Part shown: piece after piece, positions 23,204-35,855 of the stretch | Layout: each line of letters opens with the position of its first letter | How positions within the stretch are numbered: the stretch's first letter is position 1 | Origin: Mobula hypostoma | Taxonomy: Eukaryota | DNA length: 64,000 nt | Assembly (NCBI RefSeq): GCF_963921235.1 | Contig: NC_086097.1 | Location: forward strand, 108,936,001-109,000,000 | Direction: 5' to 3' | Translations under genes and position numbers: made by a program | Notes under the pieces: model-generated | Seen by the model: only the letters and a program-made list of their open reading frames with translations | Database searches by the model: none | What the model was told of the DNA's origin: nothing

Positions 23204-23771
23204 CAGTTGAAGTTAGCAGCTTGCATACACCTTAGCCAAATACATTTAAGCTCAGTTTTTCACAATTCCTGACATTTAATCCCAGAAAACATTCCCAGCC
23301 TTAGGTCAGTTAGGATCACTACTTTATTTTAAGAATGTGAAATGTCAGAATAATAGTAGAGAGAATGATTTATTTTAGCTTTTATTTCTTTCATCACTTT
23401 CCCAGTGGGTCAGAAGTTTACATACACTTTGTTAGTATTTGGTAGCATTGCCAAATTATTTAACTTTGGTCAAATGTTTTGGGTAGCCTTCCACAAGCTT
23501 CTCACAGTAAGTTGCTGGAATTTTGTTCCATTCCTCCAGACAGAACTGGTGTAACTGAGTCAGGTTTGTAGGCCTCCTTGATGAAAGAAATAAAAGCTGC
23601 AATAAATGGTTCTCTCTACTATTATTCTGACATGTCACATTCTTAAAATAAAGTAGTGATCCTAACTGACTTAAGACAGGGAATGTTTTCTAGGATTAAA
23701 TGTCAGGAATTGTGAAAAACTGAGTTTAAATGTATTTGGCTAAAGCGTATGTGAACTTCTGACTTCAACTG
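23204..23771 (-). mobile_element. Sleeping-Beauty-like Tc1 non-autonomous element with two right-type IR/DR ends
   Basis: TA|CAGTTGAAGT...ACTTCAACTG termini and about 190-bp inverted arms. The minus-strand peptide RRPTNLTQLHQFCLEEWNKIPATYCEKLVEGYPKHLTKVK resembles the SB transposase C-terminus. Confidence 0.9.
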
Positions 23772-25289
23772 CATGTAAAAGTTTCCAGAACATTATGTGA
23801 ACTAGAGTGTGACCAGTGTTCCTTCCTGAGTTGACTAGATTGCTGTTTACTGAGGTCGTGTGTTGTGCTATTGGCTATAGCATGCTCCTGTGGAAGTTGT
23901 TTGAGGATTTGGCCAAGATAGTGAGTTAAATGAAAGGTCAGACATGAAAATTAGTGAGAAACATGGAGGTGAAAGGCAGCAATGAATGAATGGTGGGTTG
24001 CGAGTAATGCTTTGGAAGGAGTGACAACAGTGACAGATGGAATAGAGTAGAATGTTAATTGGATTTCTAGTTGGATTAATAACATTAGCATGAACTCCTG
24101 GAGGGATATAAACGTATCACATTGTTTCTATTCACCATACTAGCATATTTCTTTCTGCATTCTAAACTTGTTATTTTTTTACTCTCTAGTCTAATTTCAT
24201 CTGCCAATGTATAAGTATGTTAGTGGGAACAGGTTAAGCAGGGAAAGACTAGTACCCTTTAGAGACCATAGAGTGGCAATATGTGTGTATAGCTGCAGGA
24301 CAACTATGAGGTTTTATATGAATGTTTCATATTTGCATTCACTTTGGTGAAATTAGAATATTAAAAGAGGGGGGCAATGAAATTCTAAAATGCATTACCA
24401 TTGAAAAGCAGGTAGCATTAGATAGCTTGGCCATCCTAAAGCTGAATAAATCCCTAGATTCTGTTGACGTGCTTCAGGCTGTTGTGACAACCACGGGAAG
24501 AGATTGCTTAGGCTCTAAGAGCAATTTGTAATCTGATCTGGCTACAGTAAAGATGCCAGATAACTAGAGTATAAATCAGATAATTACAGAGTATTGATAT
24601 GATTGTATAAGATCAGATGTGATGCGTTATTGTGGGTATCTGCCTTGTTTTTTCTGCTCAAGACTCAGAATAAAATGATCTCAAGTCCCTTTGGACTTTG
24701 TAATAAAAGTGCACCTAGATGAAGCGGAGAAGATTTTCTTTCTTTTGATTTATTGAAATTTGAAGTGGAATTTTAAAAGAGTCTTGTGATTGTCTTCTCT
24801 GAAGTACTGCAGTCACCCCACTGGTATACCAATTAATTGATTACACGTGGTTCAATTCAGTAAGTAGCTTGCGTTTCACAATTCCTTTCTAAACTGGCCA
24901 TGAAAACAGTAGCAAATTGCAACTTATTTCACTTGGCTGAGTTTGGATGATGAGAACAGTCAGGAGTCACAGCTTTCTGTCATCTTGTTTGGGAGCAGCC
25001 ATCTGGAAAGTGATGACTCACCATGCAAATCTGAAACCTGTTTACACGGTTCTTGGCCCTATGTCAATCCGTGAATGATACTGCTAGGTTTTCTGAAAAG
25101 GGAAAGCTGTGAAAGAGGAATGTGCCACACAGTGTCCAGCCTATAAAACAAAACATCTCTCAGCATCATTACATCTTTCTTTCATGCTGCTCATTGCTGG
25201 TTTCTTTGTTCAGCTTTCATCTTCCCCTTGCATTTGAATTCTGTGTCAGTCATTTTATTAGTCTACTGGAAAAGGGGTTTTCCACTTCC

Positions 25290-25517
25290 TTCTCAGTGTG
25301 GCCTCCTCTACATCGGCAAGACCCGATGTAGGTTGGGGGACTGCTTTGTTGGCCACCTTTACTCCGTCCGCAACAGGCAGGATTTCGCGGTGGCCCCATT
25401 CCCATTCCAATATGTCGGTCCATGCTCTCCTCTACTGCTCTGGTGGGGCCACTCTCAGGTTGGAGGAGCAGCACCTTATATAAACCGTCTGTGCAGCCCC
25501 TAACCTGATGCCTTGAC
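25290..25517 (+). mobile_element. Penelope-like element GIY-YIG endonuclease fragment
   Basis: SQCGLLYIGKTRCRLGD; ATLRLEEQHLI; homologous to 38084-38417. Confidence 0.85.
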
Positions 25518-25911
25518 CAGCCATCTTTTGTGTGTTATTCCATTCCCTTATCAGCTTTTTGGGTTTAGTAGTAATTATGAATGAATGAATTATAATTGAT
25601 ATGTCTTTCATTTTTCAATGCATTCCGTTTTAAGCTTTATTTGTATGGTATGATAATTTTTTTGTTAATTGGATGTATCTTAGTTTGGAGATCCAGATCA
25701 TCGTACAAAGGCTGGGAACTGGTCAGATTTGAACACATCGGTGTGTTTTGCATGTAATTAAATTAAAACTGAAAGGATTATTCTCAGTCTGACCAGATGT
25801 TGGCTCTTCATTATGTATCTTGTCAAACTCTTTCAGCATCTTACGTTTTAATGAGATCACTTTCTTTTACAATCTGATGGGTATGGACACCTGCAACTTG
25901 TTCGCTCGTTG

Positions 25912-26715
25912 ACCATAAGACCATAAGATATAGGAGCGGAAGTAGGCCATTCGGCTCCACTATTCAATCACGGGCTGATCCAATCCTTCCCGTTATCCCC
26001 ACTCCCCCGCCTTCTCCCTATACCCTTTGATGCCCTGGCTAATCAAGAACCTATCTATCTCTGCCTTAAATACACCGAGTGACTTGGCCTCCACAGACAC
26101 TCATGGCAACAAATTCCACAGACCTACTACCCTCTGATTAAAGTAATTTCTCCACATCTCTGTTCTGAATGGACGTCCTTCAATCCTGAAGTTGTGTCCT
26201 GTTGTCCTAGACTCCCCTACCATGGGAAACAACTTTGCCATATCTAATCTGTTCAGGCTTTTTAATATTTGGAATAGATCTATGAGATCCCCCCCCCCCC
26301 CATTCTCCTGAACTCCAGGGAATACAGCCCAAGAGCTGCCAGATGTTCCTCGTACGGTAACCCTTTTATTCCTGGAAACATTCTTGCGAATCTTCTCTGA
26401 ACCTTTTCCAATGACAGTATATCCTTTCTAAAACAAGGATTCCAGAACTGCACACAATGCTCCAAGTGTAGTCTCATGAGTGCCTTTATAGAGCCTCAAC
26501 ATCGCATCCCTGCTCTTATATTCTGTACCTCTAGAAATGAATGCCAACATTGCATTCAGCTTCTTCACCACCGACTCAGTCTGGAGGTTAACCTTTAGGG
26601 TATCCTGCACAAGGACTCCCCAGTCCCTTTGCATCTCTGCATTTTGAATTCTCTCCCATCTAAATAATAGTCTGCCCATTTATTTCTTCCAACAAAGTGC
26701 ATGACCATACACTTC
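25912..26715 (-). mobile_element. CR1 LINE 3' fragment
   Basis: Minus-strand ORFs (RLHLEHCVQFWNP; NAMLAFISRG) and a (accataag)n tail. Confidence 0.93.
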
Positions 26716-27649
26716 CAGTTTCTCATAGCCTCTCATTCCAGAAATCACTACAGCAAGGTTATGTTGTCACACTGACACTTTACTTGGGTATATAGCCTAA
26801 AATTGTTCATGAAGTAGCCATACCAAATCCACTTACAGTTGAATTGGGAGATAATGAATTCTGTTGGTGAATTACTTAATTTCTTTCAGTACTTGGATGT
26901 TAATGATGTGGACCTATACTCACAGATCCTTCGCCCACAAACTTATTAACTTACTCACCATATTGACTTCTATTTTATTATTTCCTTTGTCTCTTGAGCT
27001 TTCATTTTCAAGAAGTGTACCAGCAGCATACTTGGGTTATTATAATTCTACTTTCAACTAACTACTGTTTTTCCCCTTTCTAGCTCCATTCAGATATGCT
27101 ACTGCCTCAAAGTATTGAGCTTTTGTTTAGGTTAACAGGCTTATTTAGATTTTCAAAAGGTATTTGGTTTGCTATACAGAAAGGTTTCCCCTATAAAACC
27201 TTTAAGTAATTGTCTCAAAACACACCAGCTGATTTGTCAAAAACAATTTTGCTTTTATAAGCCATATTAATGCTACCTAATATTTGATGATTTTTTAAAA
27301 ATTGCCAGTTAACCACAATGATGGGAGATGTTTGTACTTCTAGCAATTGATTCACTGACTGGTCTGCTGTTTAACATATTGCTGTTCCCTCCTTTTGAAC
27401 TTGCTGCCTTCCCAAAGAGTTCTAGAATTATATGGATTCTGAAAAATGCCAACAATGTCATCAGTAATGCATCTCCCATTTGAACCTTGGGAGGCCTTGT
27501 GTTGGTTCAGGGAGTCATCCTTGGGAATATTATCATGATCTTAAGACCTGGATTAGTAAAGGAACTACAGTGTTGTAGCCATTACAGAGATTTGGTTGAC
27601 TGAAGGGCAGGACTGGCAGTTCAGTAATGCACTACTGATCAGGGAGAAT

Positions 27650-28590
27650 GTCACATATGCACGTAGAGAGGGGTCATCTAGTGGAAATATGGGGAAATAT
27701 GGGTAGTCTGGACAAGTGTGAGGAATAAAAAGAAAGTGCAGTTAGTATGATGGGTTAATATTAAAGGCCTCCCAGTAGCTAGTGGGAGCAAAATGAACAA
27801 ATATATAGGCAGATTATGGAAAAATGGAAAATCAGCAGGCTTGTTGCAATGGGTTACGTTAACTTCCCCAACATTGACCGGGAATCCCATAGTGCCAGAG
27901 TTTGTTAGGTGCATTCAGGAAGGTTTCTTGGCAGAGTATGCGGATAAACTAACTGGGGAAGAGGTGGCACTGGACTTTGGATTGAGAAGTGAATCCAGGC
28001 GATCACAGTTTCAGAGAAGGAGCATCTTAGGAACAGTGATCATAACGCTGTAGGTTTTCAGATGATTATAAATAAGGATAAGATGGGGAATGTCCTGAAC
28101 TGGGGAAAGGCAAATTACAACAGTGTTAGACAGGAGTATGAGAGAGTAGATTTGGGAGCAGCTGTTATTGGGCAAGTCCCCATCTTCCATGAGGGAATCA
28201 TTCAAAGGCCAGTTGGTCAGAATTCATGACAAAATGTTCCTGTAGAGAAGAAAGACAATGATAGCAAGCTTCAGGAACCTTGAATGATAAGAGATATTGT
28301 AAATATAGTTAAAAAGTAAAGGTTCACACATATAAGGTTTCAGAAGCTAAAATCAGACAAAGAGCTAAAGGAATTTAAAGGAAGTAGGAGAGAACTTAAA
28401 CAGGGAATTGGAAGGTTCTGCAAGGGGCAGTACTGGGACCTCTGTTGGAGGAAATTATAGTTGGCTTAACTAGTAAGTTTGCAGATGACACAAGTTGGCA
28501 GTATTCCAGATAGTGAGGGAGGCTGGAAAGGATTCAGCAGGATATAGAGCAGTGTAAATATGGGCAGAGAAAAGGCAGATGGGATTTAAT
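27650..28590 (+). mobile_element. CR1 ORF2 fragments (endonuclease to RT, internally deleted)
   Basis: EFVRCIQEGFL; SKFADDT-like motif near 28475. Confidence 0.75.
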
Positions 28591-28759
28591 CTGGACTCTC
28601 CGTCCTGATACAGGGTTTTGATCAAAAATATCAATGATCCTTTTGCCTCCATGGAGTTCCTCCAGCAGTTTGTTGTTTGCTCCCAGTTCCAGCATCCACG
28701 GTCTCCCTTGTGTTTCAAAGAAAGGTGAAGTGTCAATCAACACATGCGCACCTCAACTT

Positions 28760-29960
28760 CGCACAGTGCTCAACTCTCTCTACTCTTGACTGTATGGCTG
28801 AGCATAATGCAAACACCATCTATAAATTTACTGATGACATCACTGTTGTTGGTAAAATCTCAGATGGCACACAGGAGTGAGCTAGATCAGCTGGTTTAGT
28901 GGTGTCACAGTAACAACCCTTTACTCAATGTTAGCAAGACCAAGGAATTAATTCTGGTCTTCAGGAAAGGGAAGTTGGGAGAACACACACCAATCCTCAT
29001 TGACAGGTCTGCAGTAGAAGGGATGAGTGACATCAGGTTCCTGGGTGTCAGTATCTTGGAGGATTTATCCTGAGCCAAACACATTGATGCTGTCACAAAG
29101 AAGGTAGCATCGTGGCTCTACTTTGTTTGCAAACATAGAAACATAGAAACCTACAGTATGTTACAGGCCCTTTGTCCTACAATGTTGTGCTAACCATGTG
29201 AACTACTCTAGAACCTGCCTAGAATTCCCTAACGCATAGCCCTCTATTATTCTAAACTCCATGCACCTATCTAAGAGTCTCTTAGAAGACCCTATTGTAT
29301 CTGCCTCCACCACCGTTGCTGGCAGTGCACTCTCTGTGGGAAAAACTTACCTCTGACATCCCCATTATACCTACTTCCAAGCGCCTTAAAACTATGCCCT
29401 CTTGTGTTGGCCATTTCAGCCCTGGGAAAAAGCCTCTGGCTATCCATGTGATCAAAGCCTCTCATCACCTTACACACCTCTCACCCTCCGTCACTCCAAG
29501 GAGGAAAGGCATTTGAGGAGATTTGGTATGTCACCAAAGGCTCATGCAAATTGCTGTAGATGTAGGGTGGAGAGTATTCTACTGGGTTGCAACACAACCT
29601 GCTACGGGGATTCCAATGCATAGGATCACGAGTAGCTGCAGAGGGTTATAGACTCATTCTCCCCAACTGTGAGGACTTCAAGTGGTGGTGCCTCAAGAAA
29701 GTGGCACCCATCGTTACAGATCCTAACCGTCTCCAATATGCCCTCTTCTCATTACTACCAGTGGGGAGAAGTTACGGGAGCCTGGAGACACCCATTCTGT
29801 GAATCAGGAACAGCTTTTTCCCCTCTGCCATTAGATTTCTGAACGGTCCAGGAACACTAACTTATTATTCCATTCTGTACACTATTTATTTATCCTGTAA
29901 TTTATAGTATTTATATGTCTTTGCAATGTACTGTTGCTACAGAAAATGAAGTTCATCTGA
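28760..29960 (+). mobile_element. Rex1/Babar LINE RT 3' part, interrupted by a minus-strand CR1 (29133-29500)
   Basis: IYKFTDDITVVGKISDG; WCHSNNPLLNVSKTKELILVFRK; FLGVSI.EDLS. Confidence 0.85.
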
Positions 29961-30709
29961 TAGGAGAATAGATAATAGATCTGGTTCTGATTCAGCGTTT
30001 AGTTTGCTATCTCACAGTCAGAAGAAGACACGAGGCCATTTAGATCATTGTCCAAAGACTCTGAGAATAGCAGTTGTTGAATATTCTCTGTAATCTCATG
30101 CACAACCCGCTTGATAATGGCTTTTAATTTAGTGCCTGAGGATCTTAGCCTTTAAAATTTAATCTTTTGCCATCAAGATTATTTGATGTAAAAGGTTTTC
30201 TACAATGCTGTAAAACACAATCCCAGATTGAAACTAAAAGGGATTCTAATCAGCTGCACAATTTGCTGCATGTGTTTGATATATAAGTGTTTGATTTAAA
30301 ACAATGAATGTTTCAAATAAAACATGAAACACGTGACAGTTTATCACTGGGAACAGGGCCATTGACCCTCAATGTTGTGCTGAACTAATTAAATTGGTAA
30401 TCAAATGCCCATCTAAACTGATCCCTTCAGTCTGCAAATGTTCATATCACCCAGTTCCTGCATGTTCATGTGACAATCTCAAAGCCTCGGGAATGTGTCG
30501 TGTATTTACCTCTACTACTGCCCCAGGCAGCACATCCCAGGCACCCCCCCCTCTGTGTCAAAAAAAACTTGCCTGGTACATCTCCTTTGAACTTACCCCC
30601 CTCTCCTTAAATGCACGCCCTCTGGTATTAGGCATTTTAACCCTACAAAAAAGATACTGTTTACTCTATCAGTGCCTCCCACAAATCTTATATACTTATA
30701 AAAGATTTC

Positions 30710-31140
30710 TCTCATCCCTTACTCTCCTTTTCCATTCCCCATCTGACTCCCCTCTTACCCCACCTCTTATTATCTGCCTGTAATCTCCCTCTGGTGCCCC
30801 TCGTCTTCTGCTTCTCCCATGGCCCACTGTCCTCACCCACCAGATTCCTACTTCAGTCCTTTACCACTTGCACCTGTCACCTCCCAGCTTCTCACTTCAT
30901 GACCCCTTCCCCACCCACCTAGCTTTCCTCTCACCTGGTTTCAATGATCACCTTCCAGAGCGTACTCCTTTCCCTCCCCACCCCCCATTATTCTGGCTTC
31001 TTCTTCCTTCTTTTCCATTCCTAATCAAGGGTCTTGGCCTGAAATGTCGACTGTTTATTTCTCTCCATAAATGATCTGCTTGAGATCCTCCAGCATTTTG
31101 TGTGTGGTACTCTGGATTTGCAGCATCTGGAAAATCTCTT
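30710..31140 (+). mobile_element. Old Penelope-like 3' end with decayed hammerhead core and tail
   Basis: Pyrimidine-rich tract, then ctaatcaagggtcttggcctgaaatgtcgactg, then a cagcatctg tail. Confidence 0.7.
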
Positions 31141-32175
31141 AAGACTATAAGACATAGGAGCAGAATTAGGCCATTCGGCCCATCAAGTCTGATCCGCCAT
31201 TCATGGCTGACCCATTATCCTTCTCAACCCCATGTTCCTGCCTTCTCCCCATAACTTTTGACACCCAAACTAATCATGAACCTATCAACATTCACTTTAA
31301 ATACACTCAATGACTTGGCCTCCACAGTTGCCTGTGGCAATGAATTCCACAGATTCATCACCCTATGGCTAAAGAAATTCCTCCTCATCTCTGTTCTAAA
31401 TGGAGGTCTCTCTATTCTAATGTTATGCCTCCGGTCCTAGACTCCCCCACTATAAGAAATATCCTCTCAACGTTCATTCCATCTTGGCTTTTCAACATTC
31501 GATAGGTTTCAGTGAGATAGCCCCCTGATTCTTCTACATTGCAGCAAGTACAGGTCCAGAGCCATCAAATGCTCCTCATATGTTCAGCTTTTCAATCCCA
31601 GAAACATTTTTGTGAACTTCCTTTGAGCCCTCTCTAATATTAGCACATCCTTTTTTAGATAAAGGGCCTGAAACTGCTCACAGTACTCCAAGTGAGGTCT
31701 CACTAGTGCTTATTAAAGCCTCAGCATTACATCCTTGCTTTTATATTCCAATCCTCTTGAAATGATTGTTAACATTGCATTTACCTTCCTCACCACCAAC
31801 TTGACCTGCAGTTAACCTTTAGGGAATCCTGCATAAGGACTCCCAAGTCCCTCTGCACTTGGATCTTTGAATTTTCTCCCCTTTTCAAAAATAGTCTACG
31901 CTTTTATATCTTCTAAAATGCATGACCATGCACTTTCTGACACTATTCGATATGCCACTTTTTTGCCTATTCTCCTAATCTGTCTCAGTCCTTCTGCAGA
32001 CTCCCTGCTTCCTCAACACTACCTGCCTCTCCACCTATCTTTCTATCATCTGCAGACTTGGCCACAAAGCCATCAATTCTGTCATTCAAATCATTGACAT
32101 ACAACGTAAAAAGAAGTGGTCCCAACACTGAACCCTGTAGAACATCGTTGGTCACTAGCAGCCAACCAGATAAGG
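31141..32175 (-). mobile_element. CR1 LINE 3' fragment
   Basis: Reverse complement spans the PQGSVLGP region to the 3' UTR. Confidence 0.9.
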
Positions 32176-33118
32176 CTTCACTGCCTTTATTACTATCCTG
32201 ACTACACTTGCTATACTTTTGCTTCCAACATCTTAAGCTTAAATTCTACAGTCAACAAAAAGATTCCAAACAATTCATCACTCTTAGTCCTGCCGAAGGG
32301 TTTCAGCCAGAAACGTTGACTGTACTTTTTCCCACAGATGCTGCCTGGCCCGCAGAGTTCCTCCAGCATTTTGTGTGTAGCACCCTTAGCCTGTGCCTGT
32401 TCTCACCAAAGCCTAACCGCTCTAACAATTGCCCACTCCAATAATGGCCACTCTGCTTAAACATGGCTTCCTTTTATTGTCTTTTGCTAAGCTACGAATA
32501 AACTACGCAATCTGTTCAGCAGACAGGTCATGGCTGGCCCCAGTCATTTTTAAGCCTATGTGTAAAAGATTTCCCTTCAGTATCTGCTGTTGCAGAGAAA
32601 GCAACCCAAGTATGTCCAAACTCTCCTTATAGCACATGCCCTCGAATGCAGGTAGCATCCTGGTAAACCTCTTCTGCACCTTCACCAAAGCCTCAACATT
32701 CTATTTTAATGGGAGTGACCAGAACCGAACACAATACTGCAGATGTGGCCTAACTAGAGTTTTATAAAGCTGCAACATATTGTCCCATCTTGTACTACCC
32801 TGTGAATGCCTGCAAGAAAATAAATCTCAGGGTTGTATATGATATATATGTATTTCGATAGTAAATTGACTTTGAACTTTGAATAAAGGCAAACATACAC
32901 TGTATTGCCACCTTTACCACTCTGTCAACCTGAAGCCACTTTCAGGGAGTATGGCCTTGAGCTCCAAGACCTCTCTGTACGCTGTTATTGATTCTGTTAT
33001 TAGCTGTGTGGTGTCCCTTTACATTTGAACTCACAACATGCAACACCTCACACTTGGCCACATTAAACTTCTTCACCTATATCTGCATTCTGCTGTATCC
33101 ATCAGCAATCTTCTACAC

Positions 33119-33185
33119 CAGGGATTCCAAGGACCCCTTGCTTAATGGTGTTGCTCCATGGCATAACAAAGGCTGGCAACCCCTG
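33119..33185. mobile_element. hAT-type MITE (67 bp)
   Basis: CAGGGATTCC...GGCAACCCCTG termini with a perfect 8-bp TSD TTCTACAC (33111-33118 and 33186-33193). Confidence 0.85.
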
Positions 33186-33275
33186 TTCTACACTCTTCAT
33201 GATAACATTGATCATTGTAACGTCTGCAATCTTGTAAACTCATTCATCTACATTTTCATTCAGGTCATTTATATA

Positions 33276-33835
33276 CACTCAATGACCACTCTAGTAGGTA
33301 CACCTGTACACCTTGTTAATACAAATATGTAATTTGCCAATCATGTGGCTGCTGCACATGGTTACCAGATTAGACATTCAGTGCATAAATGCATGCAGGC
33401 ACAATCAAGACCAAACATCCGAATGGGGAAGAAATATAATCGGAGTGACTTTGACTGTGGAATGGTTGTAGGTCCCAGACAGGGTGGTTTAAGTATCTCA
33501 GAAACTGCTGATCTGGGATTTTCACACACAGCAGTCTCCAGGGTTTACAAGAAAACACATAAAGAAACACCCCAGTGAGTGGCAGTTCTGTGAGGAAAAA
33601 TGCCTTGTTAATGAGTGAGATCAGAGGAGAATGGCCAGACTGCTTTCAGCTGACGTGAAGGCAACAGTAACTCAAGTAATCACACATTACAACAGTGCAG
33701 TGCAGAAGAGCATCTCTGAATGCACGACATGTCAAACCTTGAGGTGGATGGACTACAGCAGTAGAAGACCATGAACAACAGTCGATGACCACTTTATTAG
33801 GTACAGGAGGTACCTAAGATAGTGGCCACAAAGTT
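33276..33835 (+). mobile_element. Non-autonomous Tc1 deletion derivative
   Basis: TA-flanked TIR cactcaatgaccactctagtaggtac; peptide MGKKYNRSDFDCGMVVGPRQGGLSISETADLGFSHTAVSRVY (Tc1 N-terminal helix-turn-helix). Confidence 0.88.
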
Positions 33836-35525
33836 AATATCATTGACAGTAGAAGTCTCATTACAGATTGCCGCAGAAAACCACCCTCTGTCGAAGCTAC
33901 CCTGTTTCTATGGGTAAGCCAGTTCTGAATCGGAGTAACAAATACACCATGGATCCCAAATATCTTAATCTTCTGGATGAGCCTTTCTTGAGGGACGTTG
34001 TCAAATGTCTTACGCAAATTCATGTAGAAGACATCCATAGCTGTCCCGTCATGTGAACAATGATTACAGAATAAATTCTGGGAGAGATGAAAAGAGCTCT
34101 GGCTAATTTGTGAAAATAATATCCAGAAAATTCCTCCCTGAGGTCTTTGGGCAAGTACATTGAGCCACAAATGTAAATGAAATGCATAATTTAACTTTCT
34201 ATCTGCCTTTTTGTATGCAGTGATGTGTTTCCATAAGAAATGTGTACAAATTTTTAAACAATAAGTGTAATTTATCTACTTGTTGCAGGAGAAGACAACT
34301 TGTTTCAAAGGCTGAGAAACTTCCCCATAGTCGTAATTTAGTAAATGCTGAGGTAACTTGTATACATAGACAGGGTATCATTAACCTATCTATATTAATT
34401 AATTCATTCTTAAAGATATTTCTTAAATGCTGTATCTACAGGTGGATTTTTTGCCTTGAGATGCAGGAGCAGAATCAGGCCACTGTCCCATCGAGTCTGC
34501 TCCGCCGCCATCCCTTTGGCTTTAGACAGAAAATCTGCAGCCCTCGTGACAAACAAACTGATTCTTGGACCAAGGGGGACAGGACTGATTTGCAACTACT
34601 TCTCATTAGTGGCAGTTGATATGTCTGGATGCTATGTACCTGTGCAGTTGGAAGGCAAAAGAACATCAGTATCCTCATGGGATTTAAAACAGACCACGGC
34701 TAGAACATACATAAAAACACAGTTATACAATGCCTAAGCCTAGAAGTTCTTTCCCAAACAGTAACATTTAGTGCAATCTGTACCCTGCCTCCAAAATTCA
34801 ATTCCATTTAAATTGAAGATGGGTTGGGGTTGGGGAGGGGAGGAGAGGGGTAAGTCAGTAGTTTGGCAAATTCTATGGTTTTAAAAACCCAGAGCAAAAA
34901 GATGCTTTGAAATTTGTTTAGTGGTAAATGATTTTTACATAATGCTATAGCCAGACAGTTTGTCTACAGTTAAAGAAAGGACCTAGTTGTTTCTAAGTAC
35001 AGCCCATCTCCTTTCCTTAGGTAACAAACAATTGAAACTTTGAAGGAACAAATAGTCATCTAGCACAATGGAAGCAAAAGAAAATTCTATTTAGTTAAAC
35101 AATTTCTGTTGATTTTGCAGCTTTATTAATCCATCTTTCAGGATATCAGCATTACTGGGAAAGCTAGAATGAATTTTCCATTACTAGCTGGAAAAATGGA
35201 AAAATGGCAGTGAGCTTGCCTTCCCCATCCATGGAGGGAAAGAATGTTTTGTCCTGGAAGGTGGTGAGCTCAGAGTCAGCATTATGTAGCTCAGCAATAG
35301 GCCCTTCAGCCCATCATGGCCATGCTGACCTATGAGGTATCTATCTATACCAATTCCATTTGTTTGCTTTCTTTCTATGCCTTGGCAATTCAAATGCTTA
35401 TCTGCCTACTTGTTAAGTAGGTTAAGAAGTTCCTTCTCAGAACCCCTCTAAAACAACTCATCCTATATTGATGTCCTCTAGTTTTAGGTACCAGTTCGAT
35501 GGGCAGCAGCTTCCCAATATTGCCA

Positions 35526-35734
35526 CACTCACAACACGCTGGAGGAACTCAGCAGGTCGGGCAGCATCCGTGGAAAAGATCGGTCGACATTTCGGGCCGG
35601 AACCCTTCATCCTGACAAAGGGTTCCGGCTCGAAACGTTGACCGATCTTTTCCACGGATGCTGCCTGACCTGCTGAGTTCCTCCAGCGTGTTGTGAGTGT
35701 TGCTTTGACCCCAGCATCTGCAGATTATTTTGTG
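35526..35734 (+). mobile_element. Miniature fold-back Penelope-derived insertion
   Basis: Inverted arms of about 85 bp meet at a hammerhead core, followed by a 34-nt tail. TSD ttcccaatattgcca / ttcctaatattgcca (35511-35525 and 35735-35749). Confidence 0.88.
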
Positions 35735-35855
35735 TTCCTAATATTGCCAATGCCCCTAATAATTTTATGTACTTTCATCAGGTTTCCCCTCAGCCTCATC
35801 CACTCCAAGAGAAACTAATCAGCTTATGTCCTCATAACTGAAAAGCTGTATCTGA

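Noticed and set aside
34242..34737. 125-aa and 93-aa ORFs in unique sequence
   Set aside because: No similarity to any protein I recognise, and the nearby donor (GAG|gtaact) is not in phase with pde1c exon 3 in the long frame.
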